Of a stretch of 64,000 nucleotides of DNA, positions 1 through 13,381 are shown one piece after another (positions within the stretch are counted from its first letter, which is position 1; the number at the start of each line of letters is the position of its first letter). The DNA comes from Selaginella moellendorffii (taxonomy: Eukaryota; Plantae; Lycopodiophyta), in assembly GCF_000143415.4 (NCBI RefSeq), contig NW_003314306.1, forward strand, positions 1 to 64,000. Direction: 5' to 3'. The position numbers were made by a program, and so were the translations under genes. A model generated the notes under the pieces. It searched no databases and had not been told where the DNA came from. It saw nothing but the letters and a program-made list of their open reading frames with translations.

Positions 1-3000
1 GATTGACAACATTCTTCGCCAATGCATCAAGCTGCCAAGCACAACTCAAATCATCAAGGAAGCTCACGATGGACCTTTTGGCGGACACTTCGCCGTTGAC
101 ACCACAACTCGGAAGATTCTTTAAGCCGGCCTCTGGTGGCCAACACTCTGGCATGACACTGAAGAATTCTGCAAATGCTGTGACACATGTCAAAGACACC
201 GATTACCGCCAAAAACTCAGACTCAACAACTCAACCCAACATTCCCAATGGCACCATTTCAGAAATGGGGACTCAACTTCGTTGGACCCCAAGTCAGCAC
301 CTGTCGACAAAATCAATACATCATCGTTGCCACCGATTACACTACCAAGTGGGCCAAAGCAATACCTCTCCGACATGCCACAGTGAAAGCAACAACAACT
401 TTCATCTATGAAAATATCATCACTCGTTTCGGCACACCACTCGAACTCGTCACTGACAGAGGCACCCACTTCATCAATGAAACAATCGAGCATCTTGCCA
501 CCAAGTTCAAAATCCGACACAAAACATCGACACCATACTATCCTCAAGGCAACAGTCAAGCAGAAGCAATGAACAAAACACTGAAGACCATCCTATAAAA
601 AGTCATCAATGATTCCGGCAAAGATTGGGACGACAAACTTCTCGATGTACTTTGGGCCTATCGAACTGAGTATAAAGTCACCACCGACATGATGCCATTC
701 AAACTCGCCTTCGGAACAGAAGCCATCACGCCAATCAAATTCATCGTCCCAAGCATGCGAGTCACCGTCAAGTATAATCTTGATACCCGACGTGCAGTTC
801 GAGAAAGGCTTCAGCAACTCGAACATCTTGATGAACTCCGACTCAACGCCCTCTGGACACTTCACGCCATCCAAAAACAGAGAAAAGCTCGGCACGACCG
901 ACAAGCATCCTGGCATAACATTCCCAAATACAGCGTCAACAATCATGTTCTCTGGTACCGAGGACCCATTAGCAAACTTGGCCAAAAACTCCACACCAAC
1001 TGGCAAGGACCTTTCAAAATCATTGAACTATACCCCAACAGCACCGCCAAAGTCAGCACACTCGCTGAAGACTTCACTGAGATCGTCAACCTCAACAAGC
1101 TTCGACCATATCATGTCGACATGTTCAGCATCAGCACATCAGCAAATTTCCGACCCAAACCGACAAACACCCCAAAACCAACAATCGACAATCACCCTGG
1201 CAGACAAAATTTAACTCAAATCAATTTGACACAACTCAACTTGACTCAACATGAACTCATCCACCAACTTCAGCAACAAACAGCAGCAAAAATCTCTAAG
1301 TCCCAAGCTACCGTTGGATCAACGCCACCTGAGCAAATATCAACAGTTGAACTTGAGTTAACTTCATCACCAATATCCACCATTGATTTGCAATCAAGCC
1401 AAATCAAACCACATCAATTCCGTCAACAAATCTCGACTGTTCATCACCAGCAATCGAGCACCGTACAGGTTTCAAGAACCCTAACAGGGCAAGCACTTCG
1501 ATCGCAGAAAATGAGGAGAAAGATGCCAGCTCATCCACCCCGGCGCCTCAGATACGTCATACACCATATTCCTAGGCTTCCCAGCAACGACACAACCACC
1601 TGGCTCAAGGACCATGGATTCGAGCTCCTCCACAACGCCTTTTCAACACACCCAGACCAAAAACTGGCGAGGAAGCTGGCTGCCTCCTTCAACCCCAAGA
1701 ACAGCACCATAACCAATGGCACCAATGAGATCACCCTCAGCCCAGCAAGAATCGCCTCCATTTTCAAAATCTCCAACAAGGGACTGTTCAAATTTTCAGG
1801 AGAAGTTCCATAGCAAATCATCAAGGCCAATCGAGAAATTACCGGTGAGCTCACATGGGAGGACATTGAGGAGCAGCATATGGATCGCCTCAAAGCCCTC
1901 CTCCTCTACTACGAACTTTGCCCAACAGATCGCACCATCAGCAAGTGCACAGCAGAAGTCTACGGAGCTCTACTCAATGGCAAACGTGTGAACGTGGCTC
2001 ATCATCTCCACGAGCTCCTTCTCAAGCTTCTAGACCGCGCCATCCTCGCCACACTCAACAAGAAGACCATGTGGACAGTAATATTCCCATTGCTGATCGC
2101 TCTACACCAAGCTCTTCCCAACAAACCACCGTGGACAACCCAAACGAACTCCACAGAACAAAGTGACAGCTCCGAAGAACACTCAGAATCAGAAGGAGCA
2201 ACTCCCAGCAAAAAACCAAAGCCAGCATCTCAACAATCAAGCTCAACTCACTTCAACAACACCAGCTCTAGCAACAAACACTCCAACAATTTAACTCCAC
2301 TTCACCGCCGCCTCACACACAAAACACTAGTGAATCCAACTCCAAAACCACTGATCCGAGAACACCTCATCATCAGCAACAATGAAGACAACTCACACCA
2401 CCATCCACACTCACCCCAGAGCCCGCATCCACTCGAATCAACCCCAAAACCGACAACTTCTCACAAACACATCAACATCGCCAAAGGAAAACATTAGCTG
2501 CTCGCCCAGAACTCAATTTCTCCACCAGCTGAGAACAACATTCTCAACGCCCCGACCTCCTCGACATGTTCCACAAAAGAAAACATTGACTACCTTCACC
2601 AATCACTTGAAGAACATGCAACCATGCCTCCTCCAGCAAATACCATGACCAGCATTCACAAAAATTCCACCCCTTCAACAAAATTCCAAGCAAAAAATTT
2701 CCAAACGGATAAATTAATTTCAGCGCCACATCTGGGCCATTCATCCACCATCGAAACGCTCATCTCCAACCACCTCAAAGAATCTGGCCCGACCACGTCA
2801 CCCACATCCAACGAAGCAGATTCAGCAAGTTGTTTGAAGCCCTCAATCAATGTATGCACTGCGAGCAAGCAAACTACTTCCCAACACCAGCCGACATCAC
2901 ACAGCATCTTCTCAAGTAAGACTCCTTCATATACACCTGGGGAGCGATCAAGAAGGAATTCTATGAGCCTTTAAACCACCAGCTGGATACTTAGCTCGAA

Positions 3001-3340
3001 GAGATGAAGCAGATCCACACTGACCTCCGGGATATTAGGAAGATTGTCTCCAAGCAGCCATCAACCCCATCAACAGCTCACGAATGCACCTACAAATTCA
3101 AATACAAAGAGCTCAACACCCGCTACTGGAAACTCGAGGATGATCATACTGCCCTCCTGGTTGAGGTGGCCGACCTCCAGGAAGATGGGACAGATCCACC
3201 AGACAGTGTCCCCAACCACGAGCTTACACTCCCACAGCAAAAATGTCGCCTCTATCAACTGGAGCAGCAGCAGCAGCAAGCGGTGGAGACTAACTATGTT
3301 CGCACCGAGGACGGTGTCTAGTTCTGTCAGGGGAGCAAAG
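1..3340 (+). mobile_element. Ty3/gypsy (non-chromovirus, Athila/Tat-like) LTR retrotransposon 3' part: integrase, long downstream extra ORF and PPT
   Basis: ORF 248-598 is an rve integrase core (PFQKWGLNFVGP, YIIVATDYTTKW, LVTDRGTHF, STPYYPQGNSQAE). It continues in the same frame past single stops to WQGPFKI (GPY/F motif). A purine tract AGGGGAGCAAAG at 3329-3340 is followed by TG at 3341, the probable 3' LTR start. Confidence 0.85.
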
Positions 3341-3599
3341 TGTATCAACCAAAAACCCAAGCTCAGGGGACTCCGACTTTGAACCCAAGGCTGCATCGGA
3401 GCCATAGATTAAATCATGCACAGCATATAGTATATGCTAGCAGTTAGAACCACTAGCCTTTCAAAAGGAGGAATCCAAATTGTGGATCTCTATCTCCATT
3501 CCATCATTTTTTTTATCAATACACATCATTCTTTTACTCATGCCTCTTCTCAGCCCTTGGAAATCAAGCCCTTTTCTCTTTTGTTTTCTTACTAACAAT

Positions 3600-5990
3600 A
3601 GATTTCCAGCGAAGAGGAGTTTTCACACCTCTTCAATGGTTCAATGCAGATGTGTATTGACTACCGTGCCTTGAACAAAAAGACAGTGATGGATAAGATG
3701 TTAATGTTGTGTATGGATGATATTTTAGACAAGCTTAGTGAAACACAAGTATTTACCAAAATTGATCTAAGAAGTGGATATCATTAAATTGCAATAGATG
3801 ATGCATCTATCTCCAAAACGGCATTCAACACAAGCTTCAGGCCTTTTGAGTTTACAATTATGTTGTTTGGTTTGACGAATGCACTAGCCACATTTACTCG
3901 GTTAATAATATAGGTATTTAAGCATTATCTTCATAAGTTTGTGGAGATTTTCTTGGACAATATTCTTGTTTTTAGCAAGAATATAAAGGAGCATGTGCAT
4001 TTGTGCAAAGTTCTTTTATAAGTTTGTGACAACAAACTTTATATGAAGAAGAGCAGATATAAGTTTGCAAAGTCGAAGGTGGAATATCTAGGCCATATTG
4101 TGACATCTAAGGGTGTCAAAACAGATTCTAGGAAGATGGTTGTGGTGGAGAATTGGCCTACACCAACTTCAGTGGCTGAGTTACATAGCTTTTTTGGTGT
4201 GGCTAATTATTATTGACGTTTCTAGCATAAATTTGTGAAGTTGGCTATTCCTTTGATACGGTTGTTATGCAAAAACATGCCATTCGAGTGGAAGAAGCCA
4301 CAAGAGGAAAGTTTTGTGGCGCTGAAACGATTGTTAAGTGAAGCTCCAGTGCTTCGCATTGCTGATCTATCAAAACTTTATAAGGTGATATACGATGTGA
4401 GTGGTTATGCATTGGGAAGAGTTCTCATGCAAGAGGGACAGCCTATTGCATATGAAAGTCAAACTTTGAATCCCGTAGAACAACACTATTCTATATATAA
4501 GCAAGAGTTACTCTCTATTGTTCATGTTTTGTAGACGTTGTGGCACTATCTTTATGGTGCAGTGTTCATGGTGTTGACGGATCACAAACCACTTCTGTAT
4601 TTTTTCACACATAAGGAGTTGAACACTAGGCAAGCTTGTTGGATAGTCAAACTCATGGAGTTTGGGGAATTTTCTATTGAGCATCGTCTGGGAAAATCAA
4701 ATATAGTGGCGAATGTTTTATCTCGTGTTTGTCATGTGACGGCATTACAAACATGATTTTGTTATCATTTGAGTAAGGTGGTTAGCGAGTTTGGGCAGTT
4801 GATTGAGCATGTTCAGGCTCAAGATGCTGAGGTGGCTTCTTTGCAAGACTAGATGGAAGCCCCTTTCTCATTGGTGGATGGGATTCTTTACTATAATGGC
4901 CATGTATATTTGCCATGAGTGGATGCATTAATTACTCAAGTTTTATTCCATTATCATGATCGTCCAGAGGCCAGTCATTTTGGGGGGAAAAAAACATATG
5001 AATTGATTAAGTGCAATTTTTATTGGAGGAATATGAAGGTTGATATCCTTGAGTATTGTAAATCATGCGAGCTCTATCAGCAAGTTAAGATGTCATGGAA
5101 AACGCTAGAGGGACTTTTGCAACCTTTACCTATTCCTTAGAGCTATTGGTGTAGTATCTTTATGGACTTCATCATTTGTTTGCCACAAACACAGATGCAA
5201 AAGAAGTAAGTATGGGTTATAGTGGATTGATTGACGAAATATGTGCGATTGTTGGCTCTTTAGAAGACTGTCACTACTTCAAATTTAACAGCAATCTACT
5301 TGGAGAAAGTTTTTCTTAATTTTGATTTGCCAAAGAACATCATTAATGATCACGATTCAAAGTTCACAAGTGGATTTTGGAAGAGCTTTACAAAAGCTAT
5401 ACAAATGACTTTGAAACTCTCGAGTGGAGATCATCCTAAAATAGATGGGAAAACCGAGCGTGTGAATTAGATGGTGAAGGATATATTACATTGTAACATC
5501 AAAGGCAAGGACAATGGAATCTATATTTTCCGTTGGTGCAATTTGCTTACAACAATGGCCAACGCAGTGGAACCAAGCCAAATCCTTACTTTGCCATATT
5601 TGGAAGGCATCCCCAAACAGCAGTGGAGTTAAGATTGCATTGAGTAAGGACGTTCAAAATAAGCTTGATTCTAAGGCAATTTATTTAACCACAGAACTTG
5701 ATGAAATTCTGGTGGTGTGCAAATGGAATTTGTAGGCAACTCAGGATAGAACAGAGAAGTTTGCTAATAAGTATTACCAATTCCGGGAATATAAAGTGGG
5801 TGATCTCATCTTTGTGTGAGTGACCTTTTCGTCAAGTGAACGGCAGAACACCTTGGTGCCTTTACAAATAGGGAAGAGTGACAAACTTTCCCATCAATAT
5901 GCTAGTCCATATGAAGTGCTGGAGTGCATTGGTTTTATCGATACGGTTGCCAGTTAGGGTGAAAATTCATCCAATATTTTATGTCAGCTA
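3600..5990 (+). mobile_element. Decayed Ty3/gypsy pol (RT-RNaseH-integrase), different family from the first element
   Basis: Motifs CIDYRALNK, FTKIDLRSGYH, FGLTNA, VEYLGHIV, LSEAPVL, TDHKPL, H-x6-H..C..C zinc finger and LQPLPIP. Many stops and frameshifts. Confidence 0.9.
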
Positions 5991-6239
5991 GTTAGAAGGT
6001 GTATTATCTTATCAATTTCAAATAATATTTATTTATTGTTGATAATGGACAATATATATTTTGCAAAGATAATGGAATCTATATTGTTATTTATTTATTT
6101 AATAAAAAATATTAATTTTTTGCCATTGTGGTAGTAAAGAAAGAATATCTAAAAAAACTCACCGACAAACAACTTTCAATACCCACAATCACATTTACAA
6201 CATTTATGGACATTATTTTATTATTATTTGAGTAAGATA

Positions 6240-6960
6240 GTGAGTTTAGGCAATTAGTCAGGCTTAAAATGTTGAAATGGTCTCTTTATAAGCCTAGATA
6301 AAAGAACCTTTCTCATTGTAGATAGGATTCTTTATTTAATGATCAAGTATATTTATCATGAGTGAATATATTAATTAATTAGATTCTAGTCCACTATCAT
6401 GATTGTTTGAAGGCTAGTCATTTTGGTGGGAAGAAAATGTATAAGTTGATTAAGTGTAATGTTTTATTGAAAGAATATAAAAGTTAATATCCTTAAGTAT
6501 TATAAGTTATATAAGCTTTATTAGTAGATAAAGGTGCTAAAGGAACTTTTGCAACCTTTACTTATTCCTCAAAGTTATTAATATAGTTTATAAACTTCAT
6601 TACTTGTTTACAACAAAAAAAGTGGCAAAAAGAATAAATATATATCATAATGAATTTATTGCTAAAGTATATGTGGTCATTGGCCTCTTAAAAGACTATC
6701 ACTATCTTAAACTTGGCTGTAATTTACTTAGAGAAGGTTTTTTCTAATTTTAATTTACTAAAGAATGTTATTAACAATTAAGACTCAAAGTTCACTAATG
6801 GATTTTAAAAGAGCTTTGCAAAGGTTATGCAAGACTTTGAAACTCTTAAGTGGATTTTAAAAGAGCTTTACAAAAGTTATGCAAATGACTTTAAAGCTTT
6901 TAAGTGGAGATTATTCTCAAACAAATAAGTAAACTAAACATATGAATCAAGTGGTTTAAG
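6240..6960 (+). mobile_element. Second, more AT-eroded copy of the same gypsy integrase segment (paralog of ~4790-5475)
   Basis: Colinear by eye with 4810-5470, e.g. CACTATCATGATTGTTTGAAGGCTAGTCATTTTGG vs CATTATCATGATCGTCCAGAGGCCAGTCATTTTGG. Contains an internal ~52 bp tandem duplication at ~6799-6905. Confidence 0.8.
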
Positions 6961-8105
6961 TCTTAAGAATTTCTAAGGTGGGTATAAAGGATGGACACAA
7001 TTGTTATTGCTTTACAAGATGCAAATTACTAGACTAGGACTTAGCAATTCTTTTCCTTGGCCATTATATAAGTGTACTAGTGTTGCAAAGGATAAAAATC
7101 AAGCTTCTCATCCACTATATATATATATATATATATCATCATGAAGATCAAATCTTTGGATCCAATCCACATAGATGGAATTTTGTCAGAACTTCAGAGA
7201 TTTATTTTGGAATAAGACTTTATTTGGTTATAACTGTTTTACATTTGACAAAGTTTAGAGATACTCACATTTTTTTGATCTGGAAGTAGAGTTTAGTTTT
7301 ATTTAATGTTCCTACATCCTTTCCAAATGATCAAGAGTTACATTGTAATGGGACCTAGGTTTATTAATATTAAATAAAAATTGATATTAATATAATACAT
7401 TAAAAATTTATAATTTTAAATAATTTCATAGATTATAATTTATTACTAGAATTAAAACCAAATCTATCACCTTTGGAACATTAATATGTTAATGCTATAT
7501 ATATTCCATGGTCTCTATGATTGCATATTTACAACCACCTTCTGACTACAATTCCTTGGCAGGATAGAGATCTCACCCAACACTGACATCATGGCCAACC
7601 TTGCAAGGTATCTCTTGAGGATGAAAGAGATCCAAGAGCAACTCCTGCCAAGGATTTGAGAGCTTCAAGAGTGCTAGGGAGTGAGAAAAATCAGTAGGTA
7701 ATTTGAAATACCAAGACCTTCCATAAACATGTATTACTATTGCACTTATCAATAAAGGTGGCAATATTTATAATATACTGCTATTTAGAGCACAATGCAT
7801 GCTAACACTATATATACCCACAAGAAGGGGTGCGGCTGTCTGTCTTCTAATGCATATTGTCACGATGGATTCCCGAGAGCTACCCGGTCTCAAATTGGAT
7901 ATTATTGAAGAGAGTTCCATTGTAGTAGTCTGATCTGATGCAACGGACAAGAAGAGTGAAGATGCCATAATGAAAAAAGAGAAACTCTTGGACACTATTA
8001 CAAGTTCATGACAATTAGCAATCGAATGGCAGGTCTAGGGTATTACACATGTGAAAATCAATTTTGTTTGTATCAATAACCATTCTTATATGGCATACTC
8101 GCAGA

Positions 8106-9665
8106 TCAGCCCTTGTTCTTGCACCATCTCGACAATGCTACAACAATAACGATAAACAAGAAAATCGCTCCCAGAGCAGTTGCAATCGCCCACACCGTCT
8201 TCTTCACGCCACTGCTCTTGTGCACGCTCGAGGAGGAGCTATGGTGCTCTCCGGAAGAAGAATCGCCCCACGGCGAAGTGGAAGATGAAGAGCCCGAGGA
8301 AGACGAGGGCGACGAAGATGGCACAATAGGATTCCCATCCTCGTCGCATTTCGCAAGCCCAAGAACGAGCTTGGACGAGGTGGCGGAGGAGTTGTAGCAA
8401 AGGGATGGATTCCCGGCCACCCGGAAGCTGTTCATGCGCTGGATCGAGGAGCTGTTTAGCGGCAGCATCCCATCCAGATCGTTGTTGCGCAGATCCACGT
8501 AGCGGATGCTGGGGAGATCGGCTAGAGCCTCGGGGATGCTCCCGTTGATCTTGTTGCCGCTCATGTCGAGGTACGCCAGGGACGTCAGGTTGGCGAACGA
8601 CTTTGGGATCGGCCCCCAGAGCGCGTTGCTGCTAAGAACAAGCTTCCGGACGCTGCGGAGGTGGCCGAGAGACTCCGGGAGGTGGCCGGAGATGTTGTTG
8701 CCACCCAGATCCATGGTCTCCAAGCGCAGGAGCTGGCCGAAGAGGCTGGGAAGGCCTCCCTGGATGCGATTGTTGGAGAGATCGAGCAAGGTGAGGTTGG
8801 CCGGCCAGGAGCGCACGAGGTGACCGCCGAGGGTGGTGTTGGAGATCGACAGCTCGCGCAAGCCCGTCATGTTAGAGAGGATGATCGCCAGGCCCGATGC
8901 ATTGACGACGATGTCCCGGACCTCCAGCCGCGAGAGCCTGTGGAACCTGGCGAGCCACACGCCGGTGATTGCTGAATTGGTGGTGGTAAGATCGTCCGAG
9001 GTTGTCTCGCGGCCGAGGCTGGAGACGATGCTGAGCGACTCGAGCGAGCTCGTCATCTGGGCGGGGAAGGCAATCGCCGGCATTGGGCAGTGGAGGAAGG
9101 AGAGGGACTTCAAGGTGGTGGCGAGGGCGTCGAGCGCTTCCTTGGAGAGCACGGACTCCTCCGGGCAGTAGCTAAGCGCGAGGGAGACGAGGTGGCGGGT
9201 CGGGTACCCCTGGTCGCACTGGAACGGGGTGTCTGGATATGGAGCGCAGATGTTATCCGGGTCGCGAATGGGAACCTTGAGAGATCTGAGAGCTTTGAGC
9301 TGGTCGGGATCCAGAGCTGTGGCGTTTGAAGGTGGAGGACTGGAGGGAGCTAGCAGTGGCGATGGTGGCAGAGGTTCTTCTTCCGGGGCTGGAGATGGCG
9401 ATGTGGGCTTTCGCGCTGCCGCTGGCGAGGAGGTGGGGACCGGAGAAACGGGCGATGGAGTGGCTGGAAGCGCTGGAGCTGGGGATCCGAGGATTGGGAT
9501 TGGAGATTTGCGCGGGGACGCAAGCGGGGGAATGCTAGAGCTTACCTCTGGCGCTGGGGCAGCGGCGGCATTGTGGTGGTGAGACGGCGAGGCGGCTCGA
9601 GTGGAGGCCGCGATCGAGAGGAGGGCGAGGAGGATGGAGCTTACCTGCATTGCTGTTACATCCAT
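8106..9665 (-). CDS. LRR receptor-like protein, RLP51(SNC2)/RLP55-like, 519 aa, intronless
   Basis: Signal peptide, Pro/Ser-rich stalk, LDPDQLKAL..PC..C N-cap, plant LRRs, GNPSLCY C-cap, Ser-rich linker, TM helix, short tail and no kinase domain. Confidence 0.9.
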   Translation of the reverse strand: MDVTAMQVSSILLALLSIAASTRAASPSHHHNAAAAPAPEVSSSIPPLASPRKSPIPILGSPAPALPATPSPVSPVPTSSPAAARKPTSPSPAPEEEPLPPSPLLAPSSPPPSNATALDPDQLKALRSLKVPIRDPDNICAPYPDTPFQCDQGYPTRHLVSLALSYCPEESVLSKEALDALATTLKSLSFLHCPMPAIAFPAQMTSSLESLSIVSSLGRETTSDDLTTTNSAITGVWLARFHRLSRLEVRDIVVNASGLAIILSNMTGLRELSISNTTLGGHLVRSWPANLTLLDLSNNRIQGGLPSLFGQLLRLETMDLGGNNISGHLPESLGHLRSVRKLVLSSNALWGPIPKSFANLTSLAYLDMSGNKINGSIPEALADLPSIRYVDLRNNDLDGMLPLNSSSIQRMNSFRVAGNPSLCYNSSATSSKLVLGLAKCDEDGNPIVPSSSPSSSSGSSSSTSPWGDSSSGEHHSSSSSVHKSSGVKKTVWAIATALGAIFLFIVIVVALSRWCKNKG

Positions 9666-10060
9666 GCTCGAGCTCGAGCTCGATCGAGAGGAAGAGAGGC
9701 TATGACCTAAAGAAGAGCTCCAGGGCCAGGCCAGAGCTCTCTCTCCCTCTCACTCTCTCTCTTCCTCTCCCACTTCGGTTCTTTACTCGAGCAGCATTTT
9801 GGCAGTGAGCTGCTAGAACGGCTCAGATTAATCAAATGTTGACTGACAGACAGTGCAGTCAATTATTCTACGTGTTAAGTCAATGCCACGTTAGCACAGC
9901 GTTGACGCCAAGTCATCCAATAAGGAATAAAACGGCATACTTTATTGGTGCTAGGTCATATTACAAATTGCCAACCTTTTCCCAAAACCCTACTATCATG
10001 CATCAATCTCGGCCGTTGGCTATCCACGTACCAACGGCCCGGATGAAAAATCTCGGCCAT

Positions 10061-11575
10061 TTAAGCATCTTTCCAGCGGCACCATTTGGAGAAGACGACG
10101 ATGAGCGCGATGAAGAGGAAGATTGCCCCCAGCGCAGTCGCGACGGCCCACACGATCGTCTTGGGACCATGGCGCTTGCCCCGCCGGCTCTGCGAGTTTT
10201 GCGCATCCGGCTCGGCCGTGGGCGCCAGTTCTTCGCCTGGCGACAGTGCCGGGCCCTCGCCACCCGACGTGATCGGCTTGCCCGCATCGTCGCAAGCCGG
10301 GACGCCCACCACCAGCCGGGTGGACGTGACTATGGAGCTGTTGTAGCACAGCGATGGATTCCCGCTGGCCTTGAAGCTGTTGAGCCGGCTTAGAAACGAG
10401 GAATTGAAAGGGAGGATACCTCGCAGCTTGTTGTTGCGGAGGTCGAGGTAGCGGAGGTCTCGCAGCTTGGTGATGGAAGCCGGGACGCTGCCGTTGAGAG
10501 CGTTGTTGCTGAGATCCAGGTACGTGAGCGTCGTCATGTTCTCGATGGCGGCGCCGGGGATGGCACCGGTTAGTGCATTGGAGCTGAGCGACAGTCTCTG
10601 CAAGCTCCGGAGCTTCCCGAGTGAATCCGGCAAGTGCCCGGTTAAGTTGTTGCCTGTGAGCTCCAAGCTCTGGAGCTGCTCGAGCTCGCCCAGGAGCGAC
10701 GGGAGCGGACCCTGGATGGCGTTGAGGGAGAGGTCGATGGACGTGAGGTTCTTCGCTGGCCATGTCTTTGGGAGCTCGCCCTTCAAGCTGGAATTGGATA
10801 TCTTGAGCTCGCGGAGCCGCGTCATGTTGGCGACGATCACGGACAAGCTGGAAGCGTTTACAAGCACGTCCATGACGGTGAGATCCTCCACCTTGTGTAG
10901 CTTGCCGAGCCAGACACCCGAGAGCCCCGCCATCTCCTCGAATCCAGAAGTTCTTCCCAGGCTCGACACGCAGCTAAAGGACGTGAGGGAATTCGCCATG
11001 TCGGGAGGGAGGGACGCCGACGGCTTCATCGGGCAGTCGAAGAAGGAGAGCGCTTGCAAGCCCGTGAGGTTCTTGAGAGCTTCTTCGCTGAGCAACGCGT
11101 CCACTGGGCAGTACTGGAGCTGGAGAAAGATCAAGCGCCTGACCGGGGATCCTTCGTCGCAGATCATCGTCGAGTGTGAGCCGGCGCATGGATTGGATGG
11201 CACTGGCACCTTGAGAGCTTGCAAAGCCGCGACCTGCGATGGATCCAGCGTGCCATTGCTGAGGCCGGTCGATGGTTTTGGAGCCATCGCGGGAGAAGAG
11301 ACTGGAGCTGGACCAGCGGATGGAACCGGTGCTCCTTTTGGTGAAGTGGCCATGAGTGGCGGAGGAGCGCTGGCGTTCGTAGCAGTCGGAGCTGGGGCCT
11401 TTGTCGGAGCTGTAGCAGCGGCTTTTGGAGCTGGAGCCACTGGAGCAGTACTTCCTTTTGGTGGATTTGCCTTGGGAGCCTTAACTGGAGCGGGAACTGA
11501 CTGTGAGATCGCCATTGCCAGGAACGCTAGAAGAAGAGCCGCGATGAGAGCTCCATCGCTGGAGCGCGATGCCAT
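10061..11575 (-). CDS. LRR receptor-like protein, RLP51/RLP55-like, 504 aa; tandem paralog of 8106-9665
   Basis: Same architecture, with an Ala-Pro-rich (AGP-like) N-terminus. Near-identical TM segment VWAVATALGAIFLFI and GNPSLCYNSS. Confidence 0.9.
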   Translation of the reverse strand: MASRSSDGALIAALLLAFLAMAISQSVPAPVKAPKANPPKGSTAPVAPAPKAAATAPTKAPAPTATNASAPPPLMATSPKGAPVPSAGPAPVSSPAMAPKPSTGLSNGTLDPSQVAALQALKVPVPSNPCAGSHSTMICDEGSPVRRLIFLQLQYCPVDALLSEEALKNLTGLQALSFFDCPMKPSASLPPDMANSLTSFSCVSSLGRTSGFEEMAGLSGVWLGKLHKVEDLTVMDVLVNASSLSVIVANMTRLRELKISNSSLKGELPKTWPAKNLTSIDLSLNAIQGPLPSLLGELEQLQSLELTGNNLTGHLPDSLGKLRSLQRLSLSSNALTGAIPGAAIENMTTLTYLDLSNNALNGSVPASITKLRDLRYLDLRNNKLRGILPFNSSFLSRLNSFKASGNPSLCYNSSIVTSTRLVVGVPACDDAGKPITSGGEGPALSPGEELAPTAEPDAQNSQSRRGKRHGPKTIVWAVATALGAIFLFIALIVVFSKWCRWKDA

Positions 11576-11997
11576 TGCTGCCCTGTTCCAAAATCTATCG
11601 AAATCTTGTGCCTTGCCAAGAATGCTGGCTCTGCCTCGCTCGCCAGGGCATGGATTTCTTAATGCTGGCGATATTTCGACCTATGGCAGCGGCATCTAAG
11701 CTATGGATCCAGATTACACCTGGGAAATACCTCTCCTTGCCGAAGATCTGCCAGAAATACGCCGATCGAGAGCCTGATCTTCCCGTGCCGGCGATTCTAA
11801 GCTCGTCATCGCCATCGCCATGGCGGCATCTCAGAACCTAAGTAATGGTTTTTAAGCACACGAATGAAACAAGGAAGAGCTCTTCTTTAGCGAGGAGCTA
11901 TGGCTAACAGTCTGGCCACATTCCAGAATCCGGCGACGGCTGGGATGTCAACACGTGTCAGAGATCGGGCTCTTGAACCGTTTTTATTCTCGGACAG

Positions 11998-12031
11998 GTT
12001 TAGGGTTTTAACGTTTTGGGTAGAACCCTAA
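11998..12031. promoter_or_regulatory. Telo-box-like motifs upstream of adenylate kinase
   Basis: TTTAGGGTTT (reverse telo-box) and AACCCTAA lie just before the ADK ATG. Similar motifs occur at ~52727 and ~59572. Confidence 0.5.
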
Positions 12032-12042
12032 GTGGGATCGGC

Positions 12043-13298
<1,256 letters not shown>

Positions 13299-13381
13299 AG
13301 AAACGGGAAATTTTTCCAGTCGCAATCGACTGCCATTTAAAGTTTTTCGATACACATTCTTTGGTTTTGATTTTGGAAAGA

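Noticed and set aside
7500-8000. Short ORFs with a signal-peptide-like start
   Set aside because: Interrupted by stops on both strands and no family recognised; at most an unassignable relic.
10467-11699. 410 aa plus-strand ORF, and similar long antisense ORFs over the RLP, RLK, PPR, FUT and defensin genes
   Set aside because: Shadow ORFs of GC-rich coding sequence with no recognisable motifs.
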